Source of the DNA: Lysobacteraceae bacterium
GTDB taxonomy: Bacteria > Pseudomonadota > Gammaproteobacteria > Xanthomonadales > Xanthomonadaceae
Length of the DNA stretch: 64,000 nt
Direction of reading: 5' to 3'
Assembly: GCA_021299355.1 (NCBI GenBank)
Contig: JAJTGG010000001.1
Location: forward strand, 12,219-76,218
The number at the start of each line of letters is the position of its first letter. Within the stretch, counting starts at the first letter, position 1. Below, piece by piece: positions 59,045-64,000 of this stretch. The notes beneath the pieces are model-generated. The model worked only from the letters and a program-made list of their open reading frames with translations, was not told the DNA's origin and did no database searches. The translations under genes were made by a program, and so were the position numbers.

Positions 59045-59307
59045 TTGATCTCGGGGTGGGCCCGCAGGGCGTTGTGCGCCGCCTCGTAATCGGCCCGGCT
59101 TTCGGCTTTGAACTTTAGGCTGATTGAAACGAAGCGGCCGGCACTGGAAGCGCGGCTGGATACGGTTTCATGCAGTACCGTCAAGCCGGCCTGCTCGAGC
59201 TCATGCGGAACGGCCGTTTCCAGATGGGCGGCGGCGCTGCCCAAGGCCGTGATTTCAAACACGCCCGGGAAGGTGAAGCCCTTTTCAGGGGTTTTTTCGG
59301 TAGTCAT
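59032..59307 (-). CDS. ybeD: YbeD/DUF493 family protein
   Basis: [21 protein letters not shown]; directly upstream of lipB. Confidence 0.88.
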   Translation of the reverse strand: MTTEKTPEKGFTFPGVFEITALGSAAAHLETAVPHELEQAGLTVLHETVSSRASSAGRFVSISLKFKAESRADYEAAHNALRAHPEIKWTL

Positions 59308-59432
59308 GCCGTCATTATCGGGGCAATCCGGGCAAAACCCAAGGCCGGACCGGGCCGGATATGCCTTTCGGCACATTTTATTAACGCGCTTTCACGTAAA
59401 ATCGGGAAATTATCCACCAAAGGTCCTTTCCC

Positions 59433-61601
59433 ATGTCGAAAAATCCCGTCACCCTCGCCATCGCCCTCGCCTTGGCTACCGCCAGCATCGGCCTGCCCGC
59501 CGAATCGGCACAGGCCGCTGCCACCAAGGAATCCGCGCAAGCCATGAATCCGTTCTTCCAGAAAAGCCCGCTGCCCTACCAATACCCGCAGTTCGACAAA
59601 ATCAACAATGCCGTTTACGGTCCTGCCTTTGAAGCCGGCATGAAAGAGGGCGCGGCTGATATCGAGAAAATCGCCAACAATCCGGCCAAACCGAGTTTCG
59701 AAAACACCATCGTGGCGATGGAGAAATCCGGACAGGTGCTCGACCGCGTATCCACCGTATTCTTCAGCCTGATCGGCACCAACAACAATCCGGATATGCT
59801 CAAGCTGCAGGCGGAACTGGCCCCGAAACTCTCGGCCTACTCCGATGCCATCACCTTGAACGGTAAACTGTATGCCCGCGTCAAGGCGCTGCATGATCAG
59901 CGCGACAGTCTGGGACTGGATGCTGAATCCAAGCGTCTACTTGAGCGCTACCATACCGATTTCGTGCGCGAAGGTGCGCAATTGAATGATACAGACAAAG
60001 CCATACTGAAAGACATCAACGCCAAATTGGCCGGCCTGCAGACCACCTTCAGCCAGAATGTGCAGAAGGAAGTCAACGCCGCCGCCATCGTGGTCGACCG
60101 CAAGGAAGATCTCGCCGGCATGTCCGATTCCGACATCGCGGCCGCCGCCGCCGTATCCAAGGCCCGCGGCATGGAAGGCAAGTACGTCATTGCGCTGCTC
60201 AACACCTCTGGCCAGCCGGCGCTGGACTCCCTCGACAACCGTGCATTGCGCGAGCGCATCCAGAAAGCCTCGATTGCCCGTGGCAGCCAGGGCGGTCAGT
60301 TCGACAACCGTGCCGTGTTCGCCGAAATCGTGAAGCTGCGTGCCCAGCGTGCCAAACTACTCGGCTATGGCAACCATGCCGAATACGTGTTGGAGGATGC
60401 CACCGCAAAGACCACAGACGCCGTCAACAAGATGCTGTTCGGTCTGGCACCTGCTGCCGTGGCAAACGCCAAGAAAGAAGCGACCGACATGCAGAAAGTG
60501 GTCGATGCCGAAAAGGGCAAGTTCCAGCTGGCCGCCTGGGACTGGTCGTACTATGCCGAAAAGGTCCGTAAAGACCGCTATGCATTCGATGAATCGCAGC
60601 TGCGTCCGTATTTTGAAATGACCAGTGTTCTTGAGAACGGCGTATTCTATGCCGCCGAGAAACTATACGGCCTGACCTTCAAGCGCCGCGATGATCTTCC
60701 GAAATACCACGAAGACACTACGGTCTACGAAGTGTTCGATGCCGACGGCAAGCATCTCGCCCTGTTCATCGCCGACATGTATGCGCGCGATAACAAACGC
60801 GGCGGTGCCTGGATGAACGCTTATGTGTCGCAGAACCGACTGACCGGCAATACGCCGGTGGTGGCCAACCACCTGAACGTGCCCAAGCCGCCGAAAGGCG
60901 AGCCGACCCTGCTGACCTTCGATGAAGTCACCACCATGTTCCATGAATTCGGCCACGCGCTGCATGGCATGTTCTCGGACGTGAAATACCCGCGCTTCTC
61001 CGGCACATCGGTACCGCGCGATTTCGTGGAGTACCCTTCGCAGGTCAACGAAATGTGGGCCACCGATCCGGCCATCCTGAGCAACTACGCCAAGCATTAC
61101 CAGACCGGCGTGCAGATTCCGCAGGCGCTGCTGGACAAGGTCCAGGCCGCCGCCCAGTTCAACGAAGGCTTCCGCACCACCGAATACCTGGCCGCTTCCA
61201 TCATCGACCAGGCCTGGCATCAGAAAACTGCCGACCAACTTCCCGGTGTCGATGGCGTCCTGGCGTTTGAAAGCAAAGCCCTGGATGAAGCCGGCATCAA
61301 TCTGGCCCTAGTTCCGCCGCGCTACCGCACCACGTATTTCAGCCACATCATCGGTGGCTATTCGGCCGGTTATTACTCCTATCTGTGGAGCGAAGTGCTG
61401 GATGCCGACTCGGTAGAGTGGTTCAAGGAAAACGGCGGGCTGAAACGCGAGAACGGCGATCACTTCCGCAAGACCCTGCTGTCACGTGGCGGCAGCGAAG
61501 ATGCGATGAAGCTGTTCGAGGATTTCCGCGGCCGCGCTCCGGACATCCAGCCACTGCTGAAACGCCGCGGCCTGACTGCATCTCCGACTCCGGGCAAGTA
61601 A
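59433..61601 (+). CDS. dcp: M3 peptidyl-dipeptidase Dcp-like, with signal peptide
   Basis: NPFF, KRGGAWM, FHEFGHALH, DFVE.PSQ..E, YSAGYYSY.W. Confidence 0.9.
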   Translation: MSKNPVTLAIALALATASIGLPAESAQAAATKESAQAMNPFFQKSPLPYQYPQFDKINNAVYGPAFEAGMKEGAADIEKIANNPAKPSFENTIVAMEKSGQVLDRVSTVFFSLIGTNNNPDMLKLQAELAPKLSAYSDAITLNGKLYARVKALHDQRDSLGLDAESKRLLERYHTDFVREGAQLNDTDKAILKDINAKLAGLQTTFSQNVQKEVNAAAIVVDRKEDLAGMSDSDIAAAAAVSKARGMEGKYVIALLNTSGQPALDSLDNRALRERIQKASIARGSQGGQFDNRAVFAEIVKLRAQRAKLLGYGNHAEYVLEDATAKTTDAVNKMLFGLAPAAVANAKKEATDMQKVVDAEKGKFQLAAWDWSYYAEKVRKDRYAFDESQLRPYFEMTSVLENGVFYAAEKLYGLTFKRRDDLPKYHEDTTVYEVFDADGKHLALFIADMYARDNKRGGAWMNAYVSQNRLTGNTPVVANHLNVPKPPKGEPTLLTFDEVTTMFHEFGHALHGMFSDVKYPRFSGTSVPRDFVEYPSQVNEMWATDPAILSNYAKHYQTGVQIPQALLDKVQAAAQFNEGFRTTEYLAASIIDQAWHQKTADQLPGVDGVLAFESKALDEAGINLALVPPRYRTTYFSHIIGGYSAGYYSYLWSEVLDADSVEWFKENGGLKRENGDHFRKTLLSRGGSEDAMKLFEDFRGRAPDIQPLLKRRGLTASPTPGK

Positions 61602-61616
61602 GCCATTCGGGCAAAG

Positions 61617-61646
61617 AAAAAGGCCGGAGCAATCCGGCCTTTTTTT
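61617..61646. terminator. Bidirectional terminator
   Basis: AAAAAGGCCGGA-GCAA-TCCGGCCTTTTTTT. Confidence 0.9.
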
Positions 61647-61665
61647 ATTTCACTGTGTCTCACGG

Positions 61666-62880
61666 TTACAGGTTATCCCACCACATCAGGAAACCGTCCC
61701 ACAGCCGTCCGAAGAAGCCGGCTTCAGCCACGGCAACTTTGGCAACCAGCGGCGCTTCCGCAACCACTTTACCGTCGAGACTGATTTTCAGCGTGCCGAC
61801 TTTCTGGCCGGCGGCCAGCGGCGCGATGACGTGCTTGGGCAGATCGATGTTAGCTTTCAGTGCATCGAACTTGCCGCGCGGCAACGAGACGCTGAACGGC
61901 ATGGCCACGGCCAGGGCCACGGTATTATCTTTGCCTTTCCAGACACGCGGCGAGGCGATGACTTTATCCGGCGTATACAGCGTACGTGTTTCATAGAAGC
62001 GGAAACCCCAGTTCAGCAATGCCAGATTGCCGTTCTCGCGAAGATCGAAGCCCTGTTTCTGGGAATCGGTCTGGATGCCGAGGACAACCGACACCAGGCG
62101 CTGTTCGCCGCGCTTGGCCGAAGCCAGCAGGCAGTAACCGGCGGCCGAGGTGTGTCCGGTCTTGATGCCGTCGACCGAAGTATCCTTCCACAACAGGCCG
62201 TTGCGGTTGTGCTGGCGGATGCCGTTGACCGTGTATTCCTTGATCTTGTTGTAAGCATAGGCTTCCGGAAAATCACGGATCATCGCGCGGCCCATCAGCG
62301 CCAGATCACGGGCGGTCGAATAATGATTCGGATCGGAAAGACCGTGCGGATTGGCAAAGTTCGTATTATTCATGCCGATTTTCTTGGCATAGGTGTTCAT
62401 CAGTTCCACAAAGGCCGTTTCCGAGCCGGCAATATGTTCGGCCAAAGCGATGGCGGCATCATTGCCGGACTGGATGACCATGCCGCGTTCGAGTTCATCG
62501 AGGCTGACCATGCTGCCCAGCGGCAGGAAGCTGGTGGATCCATCGGTACCGCCGCCTCCGCCGCTCCAGGCGTTTTCGCTGATCAGCACCTGATCGGTGC
62601 GCTTGATCTTGCCGGCTTTCATTTCGGCGGCGACCACATAGGATGTCATCACTTTGGTAATGCTGGCCGGTTCCACGCGGGCATCCGGATTGGCGCCAGC
62701 CAAAATCTGGCCATTGCTGAAGTCCATCAGCAGCCAAGCCGAAGCGCCGGCCGGTGCCGGTGCAGCTGGAATCTGCACGGAATTTGACGGGGCCGCATTC
62801 GGCACCGGAACGGATTGCGCGGCGGCGAAAGCCACGGCACACAGAGTAGCGCTGGCCGCAAGAAAACGGGGGAATCGCAT
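61666..62880 (-). CDS. dacC: D-alanyl-D-alanine carboxypeptidase (PBP5/6)
   Basis: SITK, SGN and KTG motifs; C-terminal amphipathic tail. Confidence 0.92.
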   Translation of the reverse strand: MRFPRFLAASATLCAVAFAAAQSVPVPNAAPSNSVQIPAAPAPAGASAWLLMDFSNGQILAGANPDARVEPASITKVMTSYVVAAEMKAGKIKRTDQVLISENAWSGGGGGTDGSTSFLPLGSMVSLDELERGMVIQSGNDAAIALAEHIAGSETAFVELMNTYAKKIGMNNTNFANPHGLSDPNHYSTARDLALMGRAMIRDFPEAYAYNKIKEYTVNGIRQHNRNGLLWKDTSVDGIKTGHTSAAGYCLLASAKRGEQRLVSVVLGIQTDSQKQGFDLRENGNLALLNWGFRFYETRTLYTPDKVIASPRVWKGKDNTVALAVAMPFSVSLPRGKFDALKANIDLPKHVIAPLAAGQKVGTLKISLDGKVVAEAPLVAKVAVAEAGFFGRLWDGFLMWWDNL

Positions 62881-62920
62881 GGAAGCTCCAAATGGGGGTT
62901 GATGCCCCGCCATTTTAAGC

Positions 62921-63877
62921 CTATTCGGACCCGACACGGACTCCCTGTAGACCGATTTCCTGCAATAACTGCTGAATCCGCGAGATTTCCAGACTATTCA
63001 AGGGACCGATGCGGACCCGCCAGACCAGCCCCTGCTCAGTCCGTGCTTTCTGGATGAAGGCGGCATCGATGGATAGATCGCGCAAGCGCTCCTTCAGGAC
63101 CTTGGCATTATCCTCGCTGGCAAAGGAACCGATCTGCAGATAGCGCTTTTCACTTTCCGGCGCTTCCACGACCGCGACGGGAGCCAAATCCTCAAGATTG
63201 CTGACGGCTTCGACCTCCACCTTTGCCGTTCCGAGGCGGTTGATGCCGAGCTTGCTGGCCGCCGCAAAACTCAGATCGATGATCCGGCCTTCATGGAAGG
63301 GACCGCGATCGTTGACGCGCACGATCACCGACTGCCCGGTATCCAGCCGCGTCACCCGGACGAAGCTCGGCAGTGGCAAGGACTTGTGTGCGGCGCTGAA
63401 TTGGCACATGTCATAGATTTCGCCGTTGGAGGTGGTGCGCCCGTGGAATTTCGTGCCGTACCAGGAGGCGACGCCGCGTTCCTTGTACCCTTCCGCCGAA
63501 TCACGCACGTAATAACTGCGGCCCAAGACCTTGTAGGGCGATCGGTTACCCCCTCTTGATTTCGGCTCAATACGCGGCACCGGTTCTTTCAGCAAACTGA
63601 CATCGAGTTCACCATCCGGATGGGCGTCGGCAACACCGGGCGCGTAGAGACCACCTTTAGTGTAATTGCGTTCATCATGCTGCATCACCTGACGGCAGAC
63701 GCGCGCATTGTTGCGTTCGGCTTCGTCCGCGGTGTCCGGCAGGGGTGGAGTCACCGCCGGTACCTGTGCCTGTGGCGGTTTTGATGCAGACGGCGCCGGC
63801 ACTTCAGGACGTGGCGGCGCGCTGCTGCAGGCCGCGAGCATCAGCGCCAGTAACGGTGCGTATTTCGATGCCGTCAT
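62921..63877 (-). CDS. rlpA: Septal lytic transglycosylase RlpA lipoprotein
   Basis: Lipobox LAAC; ASWYG..FHG, AAHK.LP, VNDRGPF, IIDLS; C-terminal SPOR. Confidence 0.94.
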   Translation of the reverse strand: MTASKYAPLLALMLAACSSAPPRPEVPAPSASKPPQAQVPAVTPPLPDTADEAERNNARVCRQVMQHDERNYTKGGLYAPGVADAHPDGELDVSLLKEPVPRIEPKSRGGNRSPYKVLGRSYYVRDSAEGYKERGVASWYGTKFHGRTTSNGEIYDMCQFSAAHKSLPLPSFVRVTRLDTGQSVIVRVNDRGPFHEGRIIDLSFAAASKLGINRLGTAKVEVEAVSNLEDLAPVAVVEAPESEKRYLQIGSFASEDNAKVLKERLRDLSIDAAFIQKARTEQGLVWRVRIGPLNSLEISRIQQLLQEIGLQGVRVGSE

Positions 63878-64000
63878 CGTCCGGCCGGTGCTTGTGGGGT
63901 GACGGAAGAATCTTCAGGCGCACCGTAGGACCGCTGCGCGATTTCCTGCGACAGCTGCCAGACCGCCATGGCATACATCGGCGAGCGGTTGTAGCGCGTA
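63874..64000 (-). CDS. mltB: Lytic murein transglycosylase B, 3' end (partial)
   Basis: TRYNRSPMYAMAVWQLSQEI...; stop overlaps the rlpA ATG. Confidence 0.85.
   Translation of the reverse strand, partial: TRYNRSPMYAMAVWQLSQEIAQRSYGAPEDSSVTPQAPAGR

Overview
This is a GC-rich, mostly housekeeping chromosomal segment. Gene order and protein sequences point to a Xanthomonadales/Lysobacteraceae bacterium, possibly Arenimonas-like (inference). In order it carries: etfA; scoAB; reverse transsulfuration (cystathionine beta-synthase and gamma-lyase); a PilU-type ATPase; the Phe/Tyr catabolic operon hppD-hmgA-FAH-maiA with its MarR repressor; tRNA-Gly(CCC); a POT peptide transporter; kynA; a 2-oxoacid dehydrogenase E1a/E1b/E2; trpS; entericidin; arginase; tRNA-Thr(UGU); a fakA/fakB-fusion-plsY-birA-coaX remnant-SPOR operon; phoPQ; dusA; tamAB; desT-desCB; class II RNR nrdJab with tandem NrdR boxes; degQ; an M17 peptidase; a MacAB-type ABC exporter; prc; lipA/lipB/ybeD; dcp; dacC; rlpA; and the 3' end of mltB. 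The main accessory element is an integrase-less integron cassette array at about 12.74-14.13 kb, between marR and tRNA-Gly. It has its own sigma70-like promoter, an attI-like simple site and three cassettes whose attC sites decay progressively. Other notable items are a fused FakA-FakB fatty-acid kinase coupled to plsY, a clean in-frame internal deletion of coaX, two matching ECF-type promoters (GTCAAC-N16-CGTTG) before a secreted hydrolase and a 50-aa peptide, a terminator-ended leader before ydcH-cbs-cgl, and an empty metB-etfA site. All calls come from reading the sequence and recalled motifs; no database searches were run.
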